64,000 nt of DNA from the IMG/VR virus record IMGVR_UViG_3300021411_000006, positions 1 to 64,000 of that record. One strand, given 5' to 3'. The notes beneath the pieces were generated by a model. The model did no database searches. It was not told where the DNA came from and saw only the letters and a list, made by a program, of their open reading frames with translations. Source of the DNA: a virus (taxonomy: Duplodnaviria > Caudoviricetes). Shown piece by piece: positions 17,011-25,276 of the stretch (position 1 is its first letter; every line of letters starts with the position of its first letter). A program made the translations under genes and the position numbers.

Positions 17011-17656
17011 AATACAAAAATGTGATCTCAGCAACATTATTGCCGGGATCTATACTGACAATGTTTTACAGGTCCGGGATGCCGCTTTTTACGATCAGTT
17101 CACCCGTAATGAAATCATGTATTTAATGCTGATAAAAGCGGTTTATGTCATTCCTACAACGGAGCTGATCGACTGGCTTAGGGATAATATTATCGGAACG
17201 GCTATAGAGATCGGTGCCGGGCACGGTGCTATAGGCCGGGCTTTGGGCATACCGATTACGGATAGCTACATGCAGGCACTGCCAGAAATCCAAGTGCAGT
17301 ATAAAATGATCGGCCAGGAACCGATTACCTACCTACCTGATGTCGAGAAGCTGGAGGCCCTGGAAGCCGTGGAGAAGTATAAGCCGCAAACCGTAATCGG
17401 CGCTTTTATTACGCATAGATGGTTACCGGGAATGAACAACGGGAATATGTACGGTCCTAATGAAGAGTTAATGATGACCAAGATTAGGCGATATATCAAT
17501 ATCGGTAACCTGGTTACACACAAGGCAAAGCCGCTTTTAGATGTACCACACCAGCAGTATCATCCCTCGTGGCTTATTACGAGGGCTATCCACCAAGAGT
17601 ATAACCGTATTTTTATATTTGAAAACGAACACTATGACGCAACCTACCAAGATTGA
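16991..17656 (+). CDS. SAM-dependent methyltransferase-fold protein
   Basis: AIEIGAGHGAIG glycine-rich motif I. Confidence 0.6.
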   Translation: MSQTTVEIQKCDLSNIIAGIYTDNVLQVRDAAFYDQFTRNEIMYLMLIKAVYVIPTTELIDWLRDNIIGTAIEIGAGHGAIGRALGIPITDSYMQALPEIQVQYKMIGQEPITYLPDVEKLEALEAVEKYKPQTVIGAFITHRWLPGMNNGNMYGPNEELMMTKIRRYINIGNLVTHKAKPLLDVPHQQYHPSWLITRAIHQEYNRIFIFENEHYDATYQD

Positions 17657-17924
17657 TTTTATAAACACCCTCCACCTGCTACGAGTATTAACGAATGAGC
17701 GATGCCAAAAGGTCCTACAGATGATATCCGCAAAGCCGATGACTGTTACAGAGTTAACAATAAGTATGCGCCTGGATCAATCCGTAGTCTCTCAGTATCT
17801 TGCCAGGATGAGAAAGGTAAAACTCGTAAGCACCCGTAGAGCCGGTAAGAATATTTATTATTCATCTGATAAAGAGGAAGTACCCCGCATTCACAAGTAT
17901 TGTCTTGATATTTTAAATAAGTAG
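17634..17924 (+). CDS. ArsR/SmtB-family transcriptional regulator
   Basis: LRVLTNERCQKVLQMI...MTVTEL....LDQSVVSQYLARMRKVKLVSTRRAGKNIYYS; ATG at 17634. Confidence 0.85.
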   Translation: MTQPTKIDFINTLHLLRVLTNERCQKVLQMISAKPMTVTELTISMRLDQSVVSQYLARMRKVKLVSTRRAGKNIYYSSDKEEVPRIHKYCLDILNK

Positions 17925-17925
17925 T

Positions 17926-18210
17926 ATGGAAGACCCCAAACCTGTGTTTTTTATAATGATCTTCGGCAAAGATCAGGAGCCGTTGATCGATCAATATTTA
18001 GTAGAGCTGCAAGACGAGGTTATATCCGTCGTAAAGGATGATGGCTTACTCAGTGAGGGCAAAGGCGGCATGGACGTAATCCAGTACCGCATAAAATTCC
18101 GAACCTGTTTTGGGCCGTATTTGCTTGGACACAAACAAGGTTCAGCGAGTGCAGAAAAACTCTTTAATATACTTGCAAATAATACACCGAATGGCAAACG
18201 AACAAAATAA
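17926..18210 (+). CDS. hypothetical protein
   Basis: 94 aa ORF. Confidence 0.6.
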   Translation: MEDPKPVFFIMIFGKDQEPLIDQYLVELQDEVISVVKDDGLLSEGKGGMDVIQYRIKFRTCFGPYLLGHKQGSASAEKLFNILANNTPNGKRTK

Positions 18211-18466
18211 TACGAAAGTAGACGCTGCGACATTTATCGTGCAAAAACTGACCAAGCTACAAGACGCTTCTAGGGGTAAAGAACCGTACCCGGAATTTCA
18301 CCAGGATCTTGGACATCTTGGCTTTGTTATGGGTAATGTTTTTAGAAAGGCAGAGTTACTCCGCGAGGCCATTGAGCTGATGAGAAGAATTACAACAGAC
18401 ACCAACCCGGTTCAGGTAATGGAGACATATAATAAAGTCAGCAGCTTTGTCGCTGAACACGGCTAA
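18191..18466 (+). CDS. hypothetical protein
   Basis: ATG at 18191 (MANEQ) in ORF 18110..18466. Confidence 0.6.
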   Translation: MANEQNNTKVDAATFIVQKLTKLQDASRGKEPYPEFHQDLGHLGFVMGNVFRKAELLREAIELMRRITTDTNPVQVMETYNKVSSFVAEHG

Positions 18467-18726
18467 CCAAACAGGCTGAACTTGGCCCGCAGATCTTCCG
18501 TAACATCTTCCCGAGTCGCAAACCGCAGTATCTTATATGGTACACCGCTTTTGGAAGTGATTTCATCCGCCAGCTTTATATAGTCCCGGATTCGCTTCTC
18601 ATCCGCGGCAACTAGCGGCATCCAGGTGTCACCAAGAAGGGCACCGATTACCCCTTCATCCCCGTCTTTTGGGTCAATAGCGACAAAGGCAAATACCTCT
18701 TTAATTATAAACGGTCCTGGCATCAC
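18463..18726 (-). CDS. hypothetical protein coupled to the integrase
   Basis: 87 aa; start overlaps the integrase stop. Confidence 0.7.
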   Translation of the reverse strand: MMPGPFIIKEVFAFVAIDPKDGDEGVIGALLGDTWMPLVAADEKRIRDYIKLADEITSKSGVPYKILRFATREDVTEDLRAKFSLFG

Positions 18727-19934
18727 GATACTTTTGATTGTTGAAAGAATGGCAAATTTTGAGCGAAGTCGGCAGCGTCTTCCGGGGTGACCTTATTATA
18801 CTTGGCCAGGGTGCCCGCCACTTTGATCCCGGTCAGCTTCATAACGATGGCATCGGCTACCCCGTTTTTCAGCAGGTTGGTAATAAAGCTCCGGCGCGCG
18901 GTATGGTTGGTAATCATCTCCCACTTTTGTTTGTCTGTATGGACCTTCTTGCCGCCTTTAGTAATACTGTGTATAATCCGTTTGGTGAGGCCAGCGTTTT
19001 TGGCGACTACCTTTATCTCCCGGTTAATTTCAGTGTCGGTGATCTTTGGCGGGAACCCGGCGTACTGTGCAAGAATCTCTTTTACTAGTGGATGAGCTGG
19101 GATAACGGCTTTTGTTTTAGTCTTCTTGCTGACAATAGTAATACGCTCTTCGTCGTAATGTTTGCTCGCCAGTACCAGCAGATCGCTTACGCGGAGACCG
19201 GTATAGCAATCCAGAATAAACCAGTCTCTCGCGACTGCTTCCCGAGGGGTCGCCTTTTGCATGCGGAGCAGTTTTATTTCCATCTCCGACAGCGCGATGG
19301 TTGTCGCCTCTTCAGTAAGCCGCTTAAATTCCTTTGGTAAAGAAAGGCCGCAATGGTGGCAAAGGGTCTTCCAGTTCTTAATGATAGATCCGATATAGTT
19401 GGTCGAAAGCTTTTTGGCCTGGCACCAGAGGATAAATTTTTTGTAGCTGTCCATGTTCACATCCTGAAGGCGCATTTTTGGCATAAACTCTTCCAGCACC
19501 GTTACCTGGAATTTGATACCGCGGATTGTACCAGGAGAATACCTTTCTTCTTTTGGGGTTAATACAATTCCTGCCGTCATTCCTTGTACGATAGTGCGCC
19601 AGCGATCAAACAAGTTTTCTCTCTTTTGTTCCCCAGTCGGTTCGTTTTTTTTTTCAAATAAACGATCCAGCATCTCTTTAAGCCCAGCTTTTGTAACCTC
19701 TTGGTCGGAGGTAGCACATTTATCGGCATAAGCGTCGACGGCCTTAATAACTTTATTCACCCGGCTATTTACGCCCTGTTTGTTACTAACCTGATCCTTT
19801 TTATTCCAGTCTACTGGACGTATGGATATATCGGTATAATATTTTAACTTTCCGTCAATGCACTGGAATAGCAACCATATAGAAGTCTCTGTAGTCGCAT
19901 CGGGCCTTTTAAGGAAGAAAGATACTTTTGCCAT
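18723..19934 (-). CDS. int: tyrosine integrase
   Basis: N-terminal arm-binding region, GLRVSDL (R), KKTK (K), HTARR (HxxR), AKY (Y); ATG at 19934. Confidence 0.95.
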   Translation of the reverse strand: MAKVSFFLKRPDATTETSIWLLFQCIDGKLKYYTDISIRPVDWNKKDQVSNKQGVNSRVNKVIKAVDAYADKCATSDQEVTKAGLKEMLDRLFEKKNEPTGEQKRENLFDRWRTIVQGMTAGIVLTPKEERYSPGTIRGIKFQVTVLEEFMPKMRLQDVNMDSYKKFILWCQAKKLSTNYIGSIIKNWKTLCHHCGLSLPKEFKRLTEEATTIALSEMEIKLLRMQKATPREAVARDWFILDCYTGLRVSDLLVLASKHYDEERITIVSKKTKTKAVIPAHPLVKEILAQYAGFPPKITDTEINREIKVVAKNAGLTKRIIHSITKGGKKVHTDKQKWEMITNHTARRSFITNLLKNGVADAIVMKLTGIKVAGTLAKYNKVTPEDAADFAQNLPFFQQSKVS

Positions 19935-19979
19935 AGTGGGTAATTTAAAGTGTTTCGTTTGGGGTAACTGCTGGGGTAA

Positions 19980-19987
19980 CAAATATA
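19980..19987 (-). promoter_or_regulatory. Bacteroidota -7 promoter element for int, overlapping an arm site
   Basis: TATATTTG on - strand fits TAnnTTTG; no clean -33 seen. Confidence 0.5.
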
Positions 19988-20152
19988 GTCGACATTTCTG
20001 TATAAAAATCGCTTCTACGTTGATTTATTTTTGTTTAAAAGGCTTTGCTGTGGTAGGTTTCGGGCAATAAAAGCGACGAGAAAGCAACTAATTAAAGGTG
20101 GACATTAGCGCTATTCCATTAAGCTCAAGATGATCCAATCCGGGCTACTTAG

Positions 20153-20187
20153 CAGAAGCGTATGTAACTGATTTACATACGCTTCTG
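20153..20187. repeat. perfect 15-bp inverted repeat in attP
   Basis: CAGAAGCGTATGTAA ctgat TTACATACGCTTCTG. Confidence 0.9.
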
Positions 20188-20261
20188 TCTTTTAAAATAG
20201 GCTGGGGTAGCTATTGGGGTAACTTGATTGGTTTTGTATTATATATAAGGTATCTTTAGAA

Positions 20262-20340
20262 CGGCTGGTCTCAGCCGGACTCCAATGCTTCAAGGTCGCG
20301 AAGTGATATTGGGCCTCTCGGGTTAACGGGAGGCTTTTTT
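20262..20340 (+). ncRNA. candidate small RNA ending in an intrinsic terminator
   Basis: TATCTTTA -7-like box at 20251; CGGCTG/CAGCCG hairpin; CCAAT-GCTTC/GAAGT-ATTGG hairpin; GCCTCTCG/CGGGAGGC plus T6. Confidence 0.5.
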
Positions 20341-20389
20341 CCTAAGGACGGTCAGGTTCTTTCTAGCATATTGTTTTTTCCTGGGAAGC

Positions 20390-20422
20390 AAAAAACCTCT
20401 CTTTTATCAGGGAGGTTTTTTT
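20390..20422. terminator. bidirectional intrinsic terminator
   Basis: AAAAAACCTCTC...GGGAGGTTTTTTT. Confidence 0.8.
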
Positions 20423-20437
20423 ATGTAAATTTATTCC

Positions 20438-20851
20438 ATGAAAAAAGAAAATCCCCTCGCCAACAAAATGGCTGAAAATGTTTCCTGGGAGTGTATAGCT
20501 AACCACCTGCCGAAATGGAGCGATGATCTGCGTATAGAGACATTAATGGAAGCAAAGAAAGACAACCGTGTAAGCGACCTGGTAGATAGGTATAATGACT
20601 TGAGCGAACGGGAAAAGAAAGCTGGTACGGATGCTCATTCCATCTACGGAGTCGAAACAGAGAAGACGGAAATTATCGACGAGGTTATGAAGATTCTTGA
20701 ACGGTACAAAGCGGTAGTAAAATCAGGGCCTAAACCCATTTCTATATTCCTTTTCCCGGACTCAATAGAAAAACAGGATCTCTGGTTAGACGGATACAAT
20801 TACGCCTGCGAAGTTTTTTCAGACCTTGCAGAACCACACCGGAAACTGTAA
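20438..20851 (+). CDS. hypothetical protein (solitary + strand gene between attP and the lysis cassette)
   Basis: 137 aa ORF. Confidence 0.7.
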   Translation: MKKENPLANKMAENVSWECIANHLPKWSDDLRIETLMEAKKDNRVSDLVDRYNDLSEREKKAGTDAHSIYGVETEKTEIIDEVMKILERYKAVVKSGPKPISIFLFPDSIEKQDLWLDGYNYACEVFSDLAEPHRKL

Positions 20852-21022
20852 TTACTTCTTCGCCCGGATCTCCCCCTCCAGCCGGTCAATCTCCTTACGA
20901 TCTTCCACCATCTTTTTTTTAAGATGCTTTGCCCGGCGATGCAGGTCGTTGAAAAGTGTAATATCGGCAAGGAGTCGCGCTTCTCTTTTCGCCAGCTCCG
21001 ACCGTAGATCGGGGAGCGTCAT
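20852..21022 (-). CDS. small coiled-coil protein (56 aa), absent from ORF track
   Basis: Hand translation MTLPDLRSELAKREARLLADITLFNDLHRRAKHLKKKMVEDRKEIDRLEGEIRAKK; stop abuts the stop of 20438..20851. Confidence 0.55.
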   Translation of the reverse strand: MTLPDLRSELAKREARLLADITLFNDLHRRAKHLKKKMVEDRKEIDRLEGEIRAKK

Positions 21023-21112
21023 ACTACAGAAATTTATCCCATATAGAAATTAACCGCCTTATAAGCCGGTCCCGCCAGTCGGGTTTTAAAGCCTCCCAAT
21101 CGTGGCGGCGGA

Positions 21113-21694
21113 TCATGCCTCGTTTGTTGTTACCGGAGTCCCGGCGTTACTGAGGAAATATTTTTTTACCGATACCGGCATCGCGTTATATTTTGGCCTG
21201 CGGACGGCAAAGAGTCTTTCCTTTGCGATCCTGGTTATTGAATACATATTTGACTGGTTGCCGCCCATTACTATAAAGTGGGTCGGACTCTCTCCAATAT
21301 ACATGCCGACATGGTAGCCACCTGGCCTGACAAATACGAGCGTATCTCCAAGCATTGCCTCCTTTCTATCGATTACTCTCCAGGTGTCAGCATTCACGCT
21401 GCTACCTAACTGAGCGAAGGATTTAGCCCGGAGCTTGTCATACTTATCTTTCTTCCCGATATCGATGGCTTTACCTGCCCGCAGGCATACTGCATAATGC
21501 GCCACGGCGCACCAGCTCGTATCATCGTTCTTATAAATATCCCTGACACCGATCTCGTCGGCAAACTTTAGTATCTCCGGATTACTGTGTGCGCCTGGGA
21601 TCTCTTTTATTCCCAGCAGCTTAATTCCTTCAGTTACCATTTTCGGCAGTTCGCCGATAGTGTCGATCCATTTAAAGTTTTCGGGTAAAGGCAT
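21113..21694 (-). CDS. endolysin, NlpC/P60-CHAP type (TIGR02594-like)
   Basis: EIPGAHSNPEI...DDTSWCAV...GGYHVGMY...MGGNQSN; no signal peptide. Confidence 0.85.
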   Translation of the reverse strand: MPLPENFKWIDTIGELPKMVTEGIKLLGIKEIPGAHSNPEILKFADEIGVRDIYKNDDTSWCAVAHYAVCLRAGKAIDIGKKDKYDKLRAKSFAQLGSSVNADTWRVIDRKEAMLGDTLVFVRPGGYHVGMYIGESPTHFIVMGGNQSNMYSITRIAKERLFAVRRPKYNAMPVSVKKYFLSNAGTPVTTNEA

Positions 21695-21697
21695 GTT

Positions 21698-21708
21698 GTA
21701 CGGATTAA
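21698..21708 (-). promoter_or_regulatory. late-gene start-proximal motif TTAATCCGTAC (endolysin copy)
   Basis: Exact copy, 3 nt before ATG; also at 34068-34078 and 39588-39598. Confidence 0.6.
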
Positions 21709-21748
21709 GGTATAAATAGAAGATTTTTACTTCAACCTCCGGAAGTTT

Positions 21749-22018
21749 TCATACCGGTTTTTTGCGCTTCTTTTTCTTGACCGAGACGACCGGAGTTACT
21801 TTTATAAACTGTTCAACCTTTAACGGGTATTTATCCCAGCGCTTTGGTGTCCGTAGCTTTTTGCTTGTAGTGGTGACATGGAAATGATGGCACTCAGGGC
21901 ATTTGTAAAGGCCATACTCCTGGTGCTTTTTTCTATTACCCAAGCTGGCGATACTCTTTTTCCCGTCCTTGTAGGTCAGGTGCGCGATCTTACCGGTATC
22001 GCAGAAGATCTGCTCCAC
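21749..22018 (-). CDS. small basic Zn-binding protein in the lysis cassette
   Basis: YKCPECHHFHVT; Lys-rich tail; GTG start. Confidence 0.6.
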   Translation of the reverse strand: MEQIFCDTGKIAHLTYKDGKKSIASLGNRKKHQEYGLYKCPECHHFHVTTTSKKLRTPKRWDKYPLKVEQFIKVTPVVSVKKKKRKKPV

Positions 22019-22019
22019 G

Positions 22020-22538
22020 TTAAACCAGTCCTGTTTTCTTTGCCACTTTCTTACGGATCATAACGAAGATTCCCAGGGCTATCCCGGCACCCATGCCTAT
22101 GATGATCCAAAGGCGGCGCTGTGCGATCCGCCTCCATTTATCCGACTCTATAGTTTTCTGTTCCAGCATACCGATGGCTTTGCCTCGTTCAATACTGCAC
22201 AGGGATAGTTTCGCCTGGTCCTCCTGGATTACCGTATCGACCCGCAGGATTGTGCGGTTAATAACCTGGCCGGGCATCTGCTGGATCGTTTTGATCCAAA
22301 CTGTGTCACGGGACCGCAGGGTATCACGGATTATGGTGGTCGTGCTGGAGTCGGCCCAAAGAGTGTCGATCACAATGCTGTCTTTGCCTGCCAAAACCCG
22401 CTCTTTTACCGGGTAGGTAATGGCACAGTAAAGAGCGCCGATCTCCGGGAACGCGGTTACTGCCCTCCCGTGCTGTACAGCCGCCTTGCGCTGGTTGTAA
22501 CAGCCGGTAAAGAGTAGTAGGATAAGGAGGTATTTCAT
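22020..22538 (-). CDS. unimolecular spanin (u-spanin)
   Basis: Lipoprotein signal MKYLLILLLFTGC plus C-terminal TM LWIIIGMGAGIALGIFVMI followed by RKK. Confidence 0.8.
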   Translation of the reverse strand: MKYLLILLLFTGCYNQRKAAVQHGRAVTAFPEIGALYCAITYPVKERVLAGKDSIVIDTLWADSSTTTIIRDTLRSRDTVWIKTIQQMPGQVINRTILRVDTVIQEDQAKLSLCSIERGKAIGMLEQKTIESDKWRRIAQRRLWIIIGMGAGIALGIFVMIRKKVAKKTGLV

Positions 22539-22942
22539 ATAGTGGTATCTGGTTTGGGAGCAAGCGGAGTAGGAGTAATAATTTCTCCCTCTCTTTTAGC
22601 TTCTGTTATCACTGGGGATTTTTCGTATCCTTCAGACTTAGCCGGAGCGGCCAATACGGCAAGCAGCCCAATTACCATCTGTAGTATCAACTGTGCAAGC
22701 TGTACGTTTCCGGTTTGTAGCTGGGTAAGATAAGCGGCCAGAGCATTACCAACTAATCCGGCTATTGAAGCCCATTGACCGCGAAGGTTACGGGCTGCAA
22801 AAGATGCCGCGGCAATGATACCTGAAAATACCAGCACCTTTGTACTGCTTTGTCCGCCCTTAATAAGTTCACTGATAGCAAGGGCAATAGCTGATACCAG
22901 GCCAAATATCAACACCTTGTTTTTATTAAAAAACTCTTTCAT
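22535..22942 (-). CDS. putative holin (multi-TM)
   Basis: Three to four hydrophobic helices; lysis cassette position. Confidence 0.65.
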   Translation of the reverse strand: MKEFFNKNKVLIFGLVSAIALAISELIKGGQSSTKVLVFSGIIAAASFAARNLRGQWASIAGLVGNALAAYLTQLQTGNVQLAQLILQMVIGLLAVLAAPAKSEGYEKSPVITEAKREGEIITPTPLAPKPDTTI

Positions 22943-22945
22943 AAT

Positions 22946-23245
22946 TTATGGTTTATTGGTTATTAATTGTATTATATCCCTTAGACCAAACCCTCCGAGT
23001 ATCGACGCTCCGATAAGAAACCAGATCATTCTGTCCCTGAGTTTTTCAAGGTCGCTTATCCGTTTTTCGTGATTAGCAAACTTTTTTATCATACCACCAC
23101 TTTCCGGGTCAAGTTCATTACCGGTTAGCAGTGTCAATATCTCGTCAACCTTGTCACCAATCGTTATTACCTGATTTTGGATCTGATGTATATCCTGGGA
23201 CTGAGCAGTTGCCTGTTCCTGTACCTGTTTTTGAGTTTGTTCCAT
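22946..23245 (-). CDS. coiled-coil protein with C-terminal TM (holin/antiholin-like)
   Basis: Heptad N-terminus then MIWFLIGASILGGFGL. Confidence 0.6.
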   Translation of the reverse strand: MEQTQKQVQEQATAQSQDIHQIQNQVITIGDKVDEILTLLTGNELDPESGGMIKKFANHEKRISDLEKLRDRMIWFLIGASILGGFGLRDIIQLITNKP

Positions 23246-23354
23246 TATAGAAAGCCTTTAAATTTTATTTCCTTACGCTGCTTTTCCGGTTTGCACCAGT
23301 ATTTTGGCGAACAGGAGGTAAGCAGGAAAATTGCCAGAATGAAAACCAATTTTA

Positions 23355-23564
23355 TCATTTCTTCTTCGTTGTGTCCAGCTGCCTGTTTGCTTCAAACGCT
23401 ATCTTAGCCCGCAACCCCTCCACTTTTTTAGCCGGTAACTCACCGAGCGCATCATATACTAATTGCATTTCTTCTAAGGAAAAAGTGATTGTTATCTTTT
23501 TTTCGTCCTGTAGTCTAAAAGAGAACAGAGAGAACGCAAATAGCGCGATGATTACTTTTTTCAT
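23355..23564 (-). CDS. small fibre-associated (chaperone-like) protein with signal-peptide-like N-terminus
   Basis: MKKVIIALFAFSLFSF then LEEMQLVYDALGELPAKKVEGLRAKI. Confidence 0.65.
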   Translation of the reverse strand: MKKVIIALFAFSLFSFRLQDEKKITITFSLEEMQLVYDALGELPAKKVEGLRAKIAFEANRQLDTTKKK

Positions 23565-23589
23565 ATACTTTGTTTGTTTAGTTTAAAAA

Positions 23590-24033
23590 TTATTGACCTT
23601 CCTTGTTCATCAATCTGCCCAGCCTCCGGCGGGCTAGATATGTTACTGAGTAAGCCGCCTCAACCGCTGCGATCCTGGATGCTACTATTGGATGAGTAAT
23701 CGCCTGCAAAACATTTTTGGGGTTACCTCCTAAAGCGTCAGCTTCTCCAGCATGCACCTGCCGGATGATCGTGTACCACCTCACCAACATGCCGCCAGGT
23801 ATAGAGTCAAGCGTCACGTTGTCGCTGTTTTGTTTGCCTGCACTTTTTAGCCGGATAAAGCGTAGGTATTTCATCTCTATACTGTCAGTTGAACCAATGT
23901 AATAGCTGGTCATATAGTCAAGATCCCCCGACTTGAATGTAATATTCCGGACGATGGAGGTGTCCAGATTATTTTGCGACTTCGCCAGGGTGTAAGCCAG
24001 TATAAAAGGAATAAAGAGAAATAGCTTTTTCAT
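23590..24033 (-). CDS. exported hypothetical protein (Sec signal peptide)
   Basis: MKKLFLFIPFILAYTLAKS/Q. Confidence 0.8.
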   Translation of the reverse strand: MKKLFLFIPFILAYTLAKSQNNLDTSIVRNITFKSGDLDYMTSYYIGSTDSIEMKYLRFIRLKSAGKQNSDNVTLDSIPGGMLVRWYTIIRQVHAGEADALGGNPKNVLQAITHPIVASRIAAVEAAYSVTYLARRRLGRLMNKEGQ

Positions 24034-24046
24034 TATTGTTATTTTA

Positions 24047-25276
24047 TTAGTTTGCTAATCTTATTTTCATTTTTGAGCCGATCAATACGGTTGATGTTCC
24101 AGACGTTACTTTCAGGTGCTGAATAGAAATTGTAGCCGTTCCTGAACCTCGCGTAGTTACCCAGCCGTGTATATACATCATCCCGCTTTGCCCGGAGGTT
24201 AATAGCCTGGCGGCAGTACCTGTAGCAGAGGCGACAATATTTTCTGTAGTGATCGTCGTTCCGGTTGAATTACCTATTAATAGCGCCTGAACAACAGCAG
24301 CGCCTCCAGTGCCTCCGCCTGTTATTGCGTATTGGCAACCAGTTGTTACCGCAGAGGTGGTTACGTTTAACCAAGCCTCAACTTCGTAGAGCGTGGAGTT
24401 TGACAGCGTTCCGGAGGTAAGGCCAGTGATATCCGTCAGTGCCTGGCCGGTTGTTGTTGCGTTAGATCCGGTTACAGCGAATGTTGTCCAGTTCTCCCGT
24501 GTGTTTTGAGAAACCCAGTTTGTGCCATCGGAAATAAGTGTATTGCCGGTGCCGGTGCCTACTGGCCAGAGTTCTGTCGAGGCTATCCAGTTTGTGCCAT
24601 CGGATACGATTATTTTTCTGGTCGTAGCACTGGCATTCGGAAATGTCGGAGTTGATAATACATAGTTTGTGCCATCGCTAAGTAGCACCTTATTCGCCGT
24701 CGCTCCAGCGGATGTTGGGATCGTCGATGTCGATGGGATGTAATTTGTGCCATTACCAACGATGAACTTTCCTGTAGCCGCTGCCGTACCTATTGTAAAG
24801 CCTGTTGTAAAGTCTGGAGTGGTCGCGCCATTGAATAGTAATACGCCGGTTCCATTCTCGTCCGTTACCGCCGAACGTAAGTTAGCCGATGATGGTGTAG
24901 CTATCCATGTGCCAACATTCGAACCAGGGGTAATCCCTGACCATGTGGTTAAATCACCATCAAAAGCCTGAACATCGGTGCCAATAGTGAGACCGAGATC
25001 CGTTTTGACATTCGTATAACTTCTGTGGGTGACACTGTTGTCAGCGTTCGCCCTTATAAATCCAAGTGCGGACGGATTGGAAATGGTAAAGATCGCAGAA
25101 CCAAGCGTAGTGCCGCCCAGGTTTGCCCGTGCGGTTGCAGGCGTGCCGACATCGGATAAATTATTTGCCACCTGCAAACCCTCTGACTTTACCATTACAG
25201 AGTTTGCAGTAGTAACCCTTTGCGAAAAGGCAAACACTGGAAACAATATTAGGAGGTGGACGAATATTTTTTTCAT
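24047..25276 (-). CDS. tail-fibre-like protein with Sec signal peptide
   Basis: MKKIFVHLLILFPVFAFS/Q; NNLSDV..ATARANLG fibre motif; four (S/N)DGTN(W/Y)-type repeats; T/G/S-rich. Confidence 0.8.
   Translation of the reverse strand: MKKIFVHLLILFPVFAFSQRVTTANSVMVKSEGLQVANNLSDVGTPATARANLGGTTLGSAIFTISNPSALGFIRANADNSVTHRSYTNVKTDLGLTIGTDVQAFDGDLTTWSGITPGSNVGTWIATPSSANLRSAVTDENGTGVLLFNGATTPDFTTGFTIGTAAATGKFIVGNGTNYIPSTSTIPTSAGATANKVLLSDGTNYVLSTPTFPNASATTRKIIVSDGTNWIASTELWPVGTGTGNTLISDGTNWVSQNTRENWTTFAVTGSNATTTGQALTDITGLTSGTLSNSTLYEVEAWLNVTTSAVTTGCQYAITGGGTGGAAVVQALLIGNSTGTTITTENIVASATGTAARLLTSGQSGMMYIHGWVTTRGSGTATISIQHLKVTSGTSTVLIGSKMKIRLAN

Larger units (their letters stand above)
19960..20223. other. 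candidate intact attP with arm-type repeats
   Basis: TGGGGTAAC at 19960 and 19972; TGGGGTAGC at 20203 and TGGGGTAAC at 20215 (12-bp period in both pairs); adjacent to int. Confidence 0.75.

Noticed and set aside
20100-20152. Complete tRNA gene in the att region
   Set aside because: Only a 3'-end-like fragment; no D-arm, anticodon arm or TTC T-loop
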